Source of the DNA: Yuukianura sp. NJ FZ-2021
Lineage: Eukaryota
NCBI GenBank assembly: GCA_046563655.1
Contig: CM102286.1
Location: forward strand, 186,001 to 250,000
Length of the DNA stretch: 64,000 bases
Reading direction: 5' to 3'
In this document: positions 35,971 to 47,375 of the stretch, piece by piece
Layout of the letters: each line of letters opens with the position of its first letter
Position numbering within the stretch: the first letter of the stretch is position 1
Program-made: the position numbers and the translations under genes
Notes under the pieces: model-generated
Database searches by the model: none
What the model saw: the letters and a program-made list of their open reading frames with translations, nothing else
What the model was told of the DNA's origin: nothing

Positions 35971-38900
35971 TTAGTTGTAGCCGAACTTGGGGTTGTTTCT
36001 CACTCCGAAAGGCAGAGAAGGGGCTCCATAGAGTCCCGGTGGGAGCGTTGGTGGCTCCGTTGTGGTTCTCTGGGTGGGGCATCGTGGGTCGAAGCTACCT
36101 GGGTAGCATCGTGGTGCTTGAGTGGGTGGTGGTGGACATCTCGGATCAGCGGATCCCGGGTAACAGACTGGTCTGCTGGTGGTGGGTGGTGGGCATCGTG
36201 GGTCTGTGCTGCCCGGGTAACAACTGGGTGGGCATCGTGGGTCGCTGGATCCTGGGTAGCATCTGAATGGTGGTGGTGTGGTGGGGTAGCTGCCTTGAGA
36301 GTCAACCTGTTCTTCGTCCTCATCAGGGCGGGAAGTGGGTGGGACGTATGGGGGGCGGGTGGTCTGTTGTGGGGGGAAATAGGGCGCTCGGGTGGTCGGT
36401 GGGGCGACGTATGGTCTGGCTTCACCTTCATAAGTCACTTCAGCATTGAATCCGTTCTTCCAGTCAGCAGTGTACCTAAAAAACAAAAAAAAAGGTTGAC
36501 CTTTGACCTTGTTTCTTTAGCTGACCTTCCCCAGAGGGGCTAAATGTCAAATACAGCGTGGATGACATGAGCTGTGGTAGCCCATTTTCGAATTGATCTA
36601 TTCTTCGGGACGTTTTAGAATAGAGCCTGATAGCTCAAGGGTTAGAGCTCTTCCTGGAGTAAAGAGTTCTAGGTTCGAATCCCACTCGGTTCTTTATTTT
36701 TTTCTACACTTTTGGTTCTTTGTGTTTCAAACTATACGAGCCATGAACCTCACAGCAGTTGCATTTGGAAATGGAATGTGACAAAGTGGCACTTACTTGA
36801 CAATTTGCATACGACCATCAGCCATAAGTGTTCTGTACTCTCCTATAAAAATGTAATAAAATTGGAGGGAGTAACTAAAATGCTCTGAATGTTTGGTATT
36901 TATGTTGACAAGTGACAACTAACTAACTAAGTGCCTTACCCTTGACGACTTCGCCGTCACTGTCGGCCTTGTGTGCAAAGTCATTTCCAAAGTCATCTTT
37001 CACTGCATAAGTAAAGTCGTAAGGCATTCCGGGGGCATGGTCTTGATCCTAGAAAAAAAAACAGAATTTGAAAAACGTTTAAAAACACAAAATTTCAAAA
37101 AAAAAATCGGGAAGTGGAGCTAGACAGGTGACCTTGCGCCGAAGAAGAAGCTACTGGAATTCCTTGACTTCTCATTAAAAATGAGACTTTGAAAAATAAA
37201 TGAGTGTTGTCAGCGTCTGCGCACTCCCACTTGTCGGAATGAGTGATGGTAGGGAGGCTGTGAGTTTGAAATGTGTTCAAGTGCTCATCTTCTGCCTAAT
37301 TTCCCAATCACTAATCAATTTCCAAATTGTAAATTGCAATTTGCAATCTTACTCATCTTCCTTCCGCGTTCTACCACTGTGCCATTGAGATTTGGGGTGC
37401 GCATGCGCCACTAAGGACACCAACTCATCTTTTCCTACTAAATCGTGCTCAATTTTCTCATTTTTTTGTAAATTCCGAAGGAGAGCTAATTGAAATGTAG
37501 AGTAAATCAAATGATTTGAGGAATTACATGGACACAAACATTTCAACTTTTTAAAAAGTTGTCCAAATTGTATCAAAGTGACCTCAGAAACTGGTTCTCT
37601 TGCGTGTTTTTTTTTCATTTCAAAATTTGAAATGACATGATGGAATTATTCTGGAGGCTGAGCATGCGTCATGGAAAATTGTTAGTTTGTGGCGGAAATC
37701 TACAAAACGTTTTGAAAAGTGATTGATTTTTAGCAACTGTTGTGATTGATTGATGGTTTTCGTGTAAAGTCTAAAGTAATTGTCGCTTCTGCGCAACTGT
37801 TTTGTTGTGTTTGAGCAACATTGGATAACTCAATAGTTGGAGAGATGATCGGAGTGTAAAAATTGATTGCAGTTTCCAATCACTTTCTTGGCGCTCTTTC
37901 TTGAAAATCGTGAAATCCACAATTTCGTCAACCTCCAACTGCTCATCGTTTTTGAGCCAATTGGGAACACGACCAACAAAAATTTAGCGTTGAAAAGTTT
38001 TGAGTGGCGCCAAGGGCCCAAGGGCCCTTCTGTGAACATGACTTTGAGGAAGTTTTGATCGGCAGTGGAAGGAGACAAGTCAAAGTCTCCAATTTTTCAT
38101 ATTTTTTGTGCGAATATTTTGCAAATGAGGATTGAATTAATTTGGCATGTGCCAAATAATTCAGAGACTAATGCAATTAAGTCATTGCGCAACTCCCGCT
38201 GTCTCAATGCTCCTCATGAGCCAATTCCATTATCAAATGTGGGTTTCATTCTTTCCAATCTTAAAAGATCAATTTTTTAAGTTTTCAAGCTCATTTCACC
38301 ATTTATTTTTTGTTTTGGCGCTCATTTCAACACTTTTGGCTCAAAAGTGGTTTATTTGCTGCTAAAGTGATTCAGAATTTGAAATTGTGAATTAAGTGGT
38401 TTATGGAATTATGATTTTTATCGGTGGAATGATGCCATGGACAGCCTGTGAATCGTTGGGAACTGGCGCATGTGCAGAAGGCAAAATGCACAAGAATAGC
38501 CTCTTTTCATTAAATTCTAAACAAAGAGTGGGAAAAAGTGAAACTGTTTCTGGTTCAGCCCAAAGGTTAAACACTTTCAGAGTTGTTGACAACAAAGAGT
38601 CGCTGTGTCCGCTTTGTCAGAGGAATGGGGTCGCCTCGTGACCTTCCATTCCACTGGAGGTCGGACACTTCTGCCTCATCTACGCAATGTCATCTCGTCA
38701 AGCCAGTTTCGCACAACACCCAAAGCGACATGTGACACATTTAGATCAACATGTCTCTTCACACTTCAACTACTAGCCTGTGGACCAATCACAACCTCGC
38801 AAAATGGACCAATCGTAGCTCTTAAAAATGGACCAATCAGAGCTCTTCAGAATGCTCCAATCAGAGCCGTTCTAAACGAACGAATTGATGGACTTTCGAA

Positions 38901-40826
38901 TTGAACCAATGAGAGATCTTAAAAAATAGACCAACCGGAACCCTTCTGATGCAACGACGTTATGTGATAGCTTTAAATCGGAAGTTGAGAAAAGTGGGTC
39001 GGCTGAAGTGACTTAAAATGCAGGAGCGTGTGAGTTTTGATTTATGCAATCTGATTTATGCAAGGACTGCGCAGAAGCATTTATTTGAGTCCTGTGCACA
39101 AGTTGAAACTTGGTTCTTTGTCCTTGCGAGAGTGAAGAAGAGGAGCTGTCGCAAGGGTGTTAATTGGTGAGTAAGTGGACTGTTACGGACTAATTAATTT
39201 GTCATCTGCCACTCAAGCTGAGACTTCTCTACAAAGGCCCCCTGTCCCTTGGTGCCTAATTGAGGGGGGCTCAAGGCCCCCCACCCAAGGAGACTATAAT
39301 TCCAAGGGGCTATGACCAATTCCGACAATTAGCCTCCCCCCATCCATCAACATTCGCATCTTCTGCATCTTCCCACTCACCTTCCAATTTACGACCACTA
39401 AATCCACCTCTGACCTCTAAACGTCCTACTCCACACGAACTAAACCAAACTAAAACGATTTCTTAAAAAGGAAACGAATTTCAAACGACGAGGAAACGAA
39501 ATTAAAACAATTTCTTAAAAGGGAAACGAATTTTAAACGACGAGGAAACGGAAAGAAAACGGTTTCTTAAAAAGGGAAACGAATTTTAAACGACGGGGAA
39601 ACGAAAAGAAAGCGAAATTGAAACGTTTTCTTACAAAGGAAAAACAACGAGGAAACGATTTAAAAAATGAAAAGGGAATGATTTTAAAACGGAAAGAAAA
39701 CGGTTCCTTCAAAAGGAAACGTTTTCGATACGACAATAAAACGAATTAGAAACGAAAGGGAAATAAAATGGAAAGGAATTTGAAACGACATAAAAATTAA
39801 GTTTATAAAATTAATTGAAAAGGGTTTAAGAAATTTTAATGAAATTGAGAATTTTCGTTTGGAAAGCGTAGTTCCGTGAGAATGGGTTGAGGTATTGGGG
39901 CCTTAAGGGCCCCGTTCACGTTAGATTGGATTCGTGATTGAATTGAATTGCGGATTCTTTTGTTTTGTTGTTTTAATTGTGTGTTTAAGAGAATCTCGTG
40001 ATGAAGTGGCTCTCACAGCTCATGAAGGGCCCATCATCACACAGATTCTTTTCAAGAGGAATCATCTTCTTTTGTGGACTTAATTATCACTCCTCCGTTA
40101 TGCGCAGGCGTCTTTCCATGGCATCAAAGGACCAGGAATTAGTATTGCATCACACACAAACATCACGACACAACGCCAAGTGAAAGCGAATCAATCAATA
40201 ACATTCCTACCAAAATTACATCACTAAAACTAACCTTACTCAACCAAAAACCTAACATAACTATCCATCAAACTAAACTTTTAAAAAGCAAATTTTGGGC
40301 TAGTTTCCTTCACTAAAATCCTAATTTTCAATTCCAGTCTCAAAACTTATCACTTTCTGCCATCGAAAATTTCAAGGAAAAAATTGCAAAAAATGGAAAA
40401 GTATAAAAATTTACAACAGCAGAAAAAATAGTGAATCGAGCCAAAATTTCCGTAGTTGGTTTGAACTATGGCCTTTGCTCATACTCAAAAATGAGCTAAA
40501 AAGTGTGACTTACGTCTCTGGGGGGCCCTTGGCCCTCAGCAGCCACATCAGTTTCTTCCTCATAAGGGCTCTTGGTGGGTGGTGAGGTGGGGGGGAGGTA
40601 GGTGGGGGCAGGGGTGGGTTGTCGGTAATTGTACCCAGCAGGGTTCTGTTCCCGCTGAAAGTTGTACTGACCATGCACACTCCCCAGCACCACCAAACAC
40701 CACAACATCTGTTAAATTTTCAAAACTTTTTAGCATTTGAGGCAAAATTTAACAAAATTTGTTGAGTGTGGGAAATTTCAAAATTTTGAAAAAACAAGGA
40801 AGTAGGCTCACCTGGAAGGACTTCAT
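35971..40826 (-). CDS. Cuticular protein, RR-2 (pro-resilin-type) chitin-binding domain with a C-terminal CYPGSxDPRC repeat tail
   Basis: Exons 40826-40812 (MKSFQ), ~40708-40514 (signal, YLPP), ~37048-36940 (GMPYDFTYAVKDDFGNDF), ~36842-36797 (GEYRTLMADGRMQIV), ~36475-35971 (YTADWKNGFNAEVTYEG). TATA at ~40926-40934. Confidence 0.9.
36623..36692 (+). pseudogene. tRNA-like sequence (tRNA pseudogene or tRNA-derived SINE head) in a cuticle-gene intron
   Basis: A-box-like TAGCTCAAGGG and B-box GGTTCGAATCCC with partial acceptor-stem pairing and a T-run after it; the anticodon arm is degenerate. Confidence 0.5.
38780..38940. repeat. Degenerate ~24-bp tandem repeat built on GACCAATC
   Basis: About 6 units, e.g. 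AATGGACCAATCGTAGCTCTTAAA and AATGGACCAATCAGAGCTCTTCAG. Confidence 0.65.
39445..39790. repeat. Degenerate GAAAC-rich tandem repeat (~52-bp unit)
   Basis: Recurring TTTCTTAAAA(A)GGGAAACGAATTTTAAACGACGAGGAAACG. Confidence 0.7.
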
Positions 40827-41471
40827 GTTAAGGCACTTGAGTTTTAGAGTTTTATGCTCACTTTGAGTTGCGCAGACGAGTCAAGAGAACTGCAGACTGA
40901 CTACTTTAGTCCACCACAGACCATGTTTTATATAGAAGGAGCCACGGAAAGAAACCAAACCAAAAGTACTTGCGCAGTACTACTGCGCAGAGGGGGCCAA
41001 AGTGAGCAGGCACACGACTCATTTCACTCAACTTCCAGAAATCCACTCAAAATGTGTCCATCAATTAGTCCTTAATTACACACCTACCCTAATTCAACCC
41101 CAATCCACATTTGCTAATCCATAATCCATAATTCCATAATTACAATCCACTGCAAATCCATTAATAACAACTTTGTTTCACCACTAAATTTTAATTTCAT
41201 TTTAATTTACAAGCACAAATTAAAAATTTCGAGGAGCCTTGTCTCATTTTCTCAATGATTTCAAAAACGCTTAACTTTTTTTTACGTAAAAAAAATTTAC
41301 GTCACTTTTGGCCACGAACAAAGTTGCGATTGTTTTTTTCTTCTTTTTTTTGTATGCTGAGAAGTTCCCGTGTGAAACTGATGAGATGCGCAGATTGGAG
41401 TTCAATTTAGTTCAGCCATGCGCAACTGTAAAGTTGTTTCCTGAGACTTCGGAGAGTCTGGACTGAACCTT

Positions 41472-41535
41472 GACCTGGATTCGAACCCGTGACTACAACG
41501 ATTGAAGAAGCACCTCTAACCACTCTGCTGATGTG
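41472..41535 (-). pseudogene. tRNA-like / SINE-head remnant
   Basis: Minus strand reads AGCAGAGTGGTTAGAG...GGGTTCGAATCCAGG (A and B boxes); no complete cloverleaf. Confidence 0.4.
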
Positions 41536-43832
41536 GTTTGAGTGTGAAGGTGGGTTGAGGTTGAGTAATTGGAGGTTGCGCGTGGCATTGAGGCAAATCC
41601 TGGCAGATTAAAGACGATTTGAGTCATTTATGGGGGGATGATGCAATTGCTCAGTCACTCCTGCGCACAACGGACCAAAGTCAATGTCATCTGCCCACTC
41701 TCAACTCACCAACTCATAAGCATCAGTGTCCCAAGGTTCCTAGACAACCGAATTGTATTTCCTGCAACAGGTTGTCCAATAACTCGGGGTTTGCAAAAAA
41801 ATTTTGCTTCAAATAATTTTTCCCCAATTCCAAATGTTTTATATGAAAATAATTACTACAGGAAAAATTTTATTTACAAAATGAAACACGTCGAGTTATT
41901 GGACAACCTGGTGTAGAAAAAAACATTTTTTTTTTATTTACAAACCTTGGTGTGTCGTCTTGATTGCATTAGTTCAAAAACGGAAAAAATTTATGCTTTC
42001 GCAGTCGCAGTGACCACATTGTTGACGTTTTTTGTTGTTTAGCGTCGACATTTTTACAAAAAGTGGTGAGTGGGATTGCGATGACTTCGTTTTGCAAATC
42101 CTCGGCATTCCACAGCGACTTGATAACTTTGTGTCACTTTGGCACTCGGCCACACTCACAGTGTCCCATAACAAGGTCACTTGAGTTCTGTGTCAACTTT
42201 TAAGAATATGACAAATTTAAGGAGGAAAGTGACGTAAGAGTGGCCATCTCCACAAGACCACTTTCAGATGTGGATCAGAATAATTTGCAAACTTCCGCTC
42301 AGCCTCTTAACTTTGCAAATTCTACGCAACTCCAACTTCGCAATTTGCGAATTGTGGGTTAGGCTATGCATAACTTTGCAAAAATGAAAAGAGAACTTAA
42401 AGGTTTTATGGAAGCCATAAAGCACAAACCAAATTGAAACCAATTCCACCCGTGCAGATTTCACTTTCTTCATAATTTTATTTTCATAATTTTATTGCAG
42501 TATTGCAAAAAAAAAATTAAGCCAAAGGGCTCATCTCCATTGAATTTTTACATTTAAAAAAACTTGCAAAAAAAACACAAGAATTAGGCTTAACACTTTT
42601 TTTTTGCAAATATTTCCAAACGGTTTACAGGAAAATTTCAAAGTAAAAACAATTTTTGGGTTAAAAAATGCTTACAGACAAAAAAAGTTTTGTTTTGTGG
42701 ATGGATGTTAACGTCAAAATTGCAATTTCAAAAACCCAAAATTAAAAGTTATTGGCATTGCAGTTGTTGTTTCTATTTTTTGAGAGAGTGAGTTGTATTT
42801 TTTAATTTTTTGTAACACATGAGTGGCTTCGTTTGTGACACCTCTAGCACTTGAGGTGAAGTGGAAGATGTTCTTCCTGAAGATGATTTTGCTCTTTTGG
42901 CAATTAACTCCTCTCCATCCCCCGATTGTCCAACAAAACAATCTCCAAACCTGTGGAGTCATGCGCACTGCTGGAAGCTCTACTCCACTCTGCGCAGTCT
43001 CTCCTTTTTAGTTTTTTGTGCCAAAATGAGATCAGAATCTTAAGTAAACTTGTAAAAGACAAAGATGAATTAATTCATCTTTGTCTTATTGAGATGAATG
43101 AGATGCACAACACCCACTCTGAAATGTACACGCGGAAAGAGATCAAGGTTCAGATGCGGAAGACACTTTTGCCAAATGTGCCCAAAGTGAGTGTTGGATC
43201 ATGCGCAGTCACCCTCTCTACACTTGATGTCAGCGGGAATCCAACGTCCAGCAGTCATCTTCCTTATTCAACTCACTCATGACCTTCGTACTAACTTTAC
43301 ATTTTTCAAGTGACTAAAAACCAGAATTCAGCGGAAAAAAGTTTGACAAAATTAAAGTCTAAAATAGTTCAAAATCCAATTGCTTTTAAATCAACAAAAT
43401 CAAAAGATGTCAATATTTTCTGTATGTGATTTATGGTCAGCATTGCATTTTTTGCAATTGGATTGCAATGTTAACTGAAGATGGTGCACAAAGTTGCACT
43501 TTTTAGTTGGAATTGAGCAGAGTCACGACTAAAGTGGTGTATTAGTGAATAGATTAGAGGTTGCGGTGAATTGGGCTTTTAAAGACCTCAATTGGGCTCC
43601 GTGACTCCTGACCCCTTGAAGGGACGTGAGGGCCCTTCGACCTTGTCCATCCAACAACTTACGCAACACTAATTTATGACATCAAACTTAAACACAACTT
43701 TAATCCAAACTACTCAAAATGACTCAGTCTAATGCGATTAATAACAAAGAACTAAATTGAGGTGAACACTTTTCAGCAAAAGTCAAAACAAAAGCTCAAC
43801 TTTTTAAGAACTTTAAAAAAAGTTCATTTTTG

Positions 43833-46685
43833 TTACTTTTTTCTCCAGAGCGTGAGTTGGGCAAAAGTGTGCTGGAACTTGCGTTTTGTTTCTCTGATTA
43901 CAAATTCGACGTCTCTCGGTGGACAAATGAGGTCAAAGGACTTGCTCAGAATCTGTTCCAGCCTTGTAAGGGTCCACACGTTTTCGCCCCCCGCGTCCTT
44001 GAAGCCCCCCAACCACTTTGACTTTTGAGTGTGTTCTGCTAGCCAAGTGTAGGGGGAGCTAAGGGCTAACACTCCCCCTGAACGAATTCTCTTTTTAATG
44101 GACTCTAGGAACTCCAAGGGGTCGTACAGGCGGTCAATCAAGTTAGCAGCAATCACGAGGTCAAAGTCAACAAGAGTTTCCTAAACAAAAAAAAAGTCAA
44201 AAATAAGCAAAAAGTCAAAATTTTACTTTTCACTTTTCAAAAATCAATGACATTACGGCATTTCCTCGCCTATAACACTCGTTATATCTGACAAATTAAA
44301 AAAAATTAGACGCAAAAAACAATTTTTTTCCCTCAAAACTTCAGATTTTTGTTGAAAAATTTTGATCAATGTGCTAAACTGTAGTCGAAACGGTTTTAAT
44401 CAAATGAAAATTCATCAAATGATTTACGAGTGACGTTTTGAGGTTTGTTTCACATTCATTTATCAAAAAGTAAAATGTAAATAGAAAGAAATTAACTTAT
44501 TGACCATAAAAAGGTAGGAAACCTTGTGAAATGCGTAAATTTGTTGAAGTTGTACGTTTTCGGGCTTATTTGGGTATTTTGAGGATTTCTGACTGCGTGT
44601 TACACGTGGCTGCATCTTATAGGCGAGGAAATACCTTTTTTTTGTGATGTAGTACTTTTTAATTGTTTTTAAATTTTACTTTTAAATTGCAGGCGTCTCC
44701 CTGGACAAACTTGACCTTGTTGACAATTTGGGGAGTGAGGTCAAGCTGGGTCAAGGTCACTTGATTGAAACTGACCAAGTCCCCCTCCTCCACATTCTGC
44801 CACTGGATTCTGCCTCTCTGCTGCAAACTGACTGCTGATTGGATGAATCTCACTGAAAAGTCCACGCCCACAACTTCCTCAAAATGGCGTGCCAATTCGA
44901 AACTTGCTCTACCCACCGCTGCTCCCAGGTCCATCGCCTTTATTTTCGGGTGGGTACCCATGGCATTCAATGCATGTTGCACAATGGTCACTGGGTAATT
45001 GGGTACCCCGAGGTATTTGTGTCCAAAGTGGAACTCAAGATACATTGTTAGCAAAGAGTCTGTTTCGTAGTACGCAGTCTCCTATTTCGCTTTTTCGGTA
45101 CTTCTGATGTACCGAAATCCAGCGTGTTGGTAAAAGTGTCTCCTAAAAGCGTATCTGGAGAAATGCAGTGCTGCGTTGCCCGTGGTAACCCATGACCCCC
45201 CTTTGATCAAGTGATGGTCGCCGTCAAATGTCGGAGTAGAAAAGTCGTCGTAGGCTGGATGTGGTTCGAATCCAGCCAATCCGCTGATGGCCGATTCACT
45301 CCACTCCCAGCAGTTCCCAATCAAATCGTAGAATCTGCCGTGTTTGAACTTCGTCACTGGACAACTAGAAGCAAAATAAGCCAAGTCAATGTTTCCTGGA
45401 CACTCGGCTGACCAATGAGGATACTCCATTTCGGGAACTTCGGAATTCCGGAGGAGGAGCCATTCGGCCTCAGTCGGAAGTCTGATTGGTTCATTGGTTT
45501 TGGCTGCCAACCAATTGCAGAAGGCCTTTGCTTCAAAGTAGTTGACCTCCACTGGCCAATCCCAAGGCATGTCAATCACTTCGACTAAACAACGCAGCTT
45601 CATTTGACCTGAATTAGTTTTTATCCAGAAGCGGGGCATTGCCGCCTGCTGGAATTGAACCCACCGCCATCCGTCTTGTGGCCACCACTTTTCTTGGTCG
45701 TAGCCACCGGTTGCCACAAACTGCTCAAACTCATGGTTTGTCACTTTGTACACCGCAGCAGAGAAACTTGCAACATTTTGTACTTGCTGTCCAAATTCAT
45801 TGTCCCACCCGTAATATTTTGTACTGTACCTACACTTCCCTGTAATTTCAAAAAAAATTTTTTTGCACAAATTTTGAAATTTTGAATTTGTAAAATTTTA
45901 CCTATGTCAACAGTTCCAGCGGAGACTGGGAGTAGCTGATTGGTTGGCGGAGTGCCGGAGAGTGGACAAATGGACCAACGAGGCTGTTTGTGGACCATGT
46001 CCAGCGGAAGTTGACGAATGAGGACACTCGAAGTTTCTAAGTGGACTCTCTCGTGTTCAATGCCCATCAGAATGATCCACGCTGGGTCATCCCACGTCAC
46101 AGGAATTTTCATTGGCATCTTCTCAATCACTGAATTCACAACAGCACGAACCTAATCCAAAAAAAAGTGTTTTCAAAAAACAAAATTTTAAATCTAAAAC
46201 GTAAAATTTTGAGTTTTAGAGTTGAAAGTATAATTTACTTTGTTGCGATAGTCTCTGACTGCCAGGACTGTAGGCCAGTTGTAGCTGTTTTGGTCGAGGT
46301 CATCCCAGGTCAACTCGTCCACGCCCACGGCACAAGTGGACTCGATCAAGGGGTCAACACGGTCACTCCACAGTTTAGTAGCCACCAACTTGTTAATGAA
46401 GAAACAGGCTGTGTGACCATAGTAGAAGATCAGAGGATGTCTAAAGAAAAAAATTTGTTCAAAATTTTTGAACAGTTTTAAAAAATGAAAAAAATTGACG
46501 TTATCTGACCTGAGTGGATCTGCTCGTGCGTAGTAGGATTCGTCTTTTGACAGGAGCGTAAACAAGTCTTCGTAGATGGAAAAAGTTTGTTCAAAGTATT
46601 TTTTGAGCTCCTGTCTTTTGTCTTCGGGGTCACCAGAGGTCAAAAGTTGCGTTTTTAGTCTCGAGCCGTAACTCAAATCCATCAT
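43833..46685 (-). CDS. ovoA: Ovothiol synthase OvoA (5-histidylcysteine sulfoxide synthase plus SAM methyltransferase) with one in-frame TAG at 45082-45084
   Basis: Five exons 46685-46510, 46440-46239, 46151-45902, 45839-44680, 44180-43833 (711 codons). Motifs: LRHPLIFYYGH, GVDELTWDDL, MGIEHERVHLETSSVLIRQ (iron-binding His triad), YGWDNE, RLPTEAEW, GNCWEW, HPAYDDFSTP, YAFRRHFYQHAGFR; methyltransferase DLGAAVGR, GVDFS, QGDACNL, ANLIDRL, SPYTW. Confidence 0.93.
44256..44635. mobile_element. MITE (Tc1/mariner-like) in ovoA intron 4
   Basis: TIR GGCATTTCCTCGCCTATAA / TTATAGGCGAGGAAATACC (one mismatch); the left end is preceded by TA. Confidence 0.7.
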
Positions 46686-47375
46686 TTCTCAACAAGAAAT
46701 CTCCGAAAATGTTGGAAATGTTGTTGAAAAGTAGAAAGTGTAAAGTTGATGAGGAATTTTGTGAATTGCCTCGTGCTACAACTTTGTGCCGACTGAGGTC
46801 ATACTCCCACTTTCTTCCCATTTAGTCCCATTTTGGTCTTATTCTTAGTCTTAAGTCTCAAGGACACTTTCATTTCCATTTGAAAAGCAAAAGTGACGAG
46901 GTCACCAAAGGTCACGCGTAACCACACTTTTATCACTTCTGCTATTCATACAGCCTCAAAACCTCAAAAGTGAATGGAATCAAGTGACGACGGGCGTGTC
47001 CCACTTATCGACACAATTTCTGAAACCGGCTTTCCCCAAAAACTTTCCACTCAAAAACATTTTGACGCCAAAAATGTTTATTCTGTTTTAACACAAACTT
47101 AAAAAAAACTGAAAAAAATAATTAAAAGTATAAAAAAAGTGACAAGAGATGATACACCTCGACCTCAGCAGTATACAAGGAAATGAAAACAGAATTCCAA
47201 AATTTGTGGAGAAAATTTGTATACTTGTCCAGCACTACCCAGTTTGTACTGGGATACTGGATAATACTGGACAAGTATTTGTTACCATAAACTGTTGATG
47301 TAGAAAAGTGGATGACTTTTTATCTCCGTCGTTACATAACTTGTTGTGAATTCTGTTCTTTTGAATGGTCGATTT

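Noticed and set aside
45075..45112. Micro-intron removing the ovoA TAG
   Set aside because: Candidate GT-AG lengths (20, 23, 31, 34 nt) are not multiples of three and are far shorter than the ~55-70-nt introns seen elsewhere in the window.
43833..46685. Bacterial contamination
   Set aside because: Spliceosomal introns, a host-type MITE in intron 4, and continuous arthropod flanking genes.
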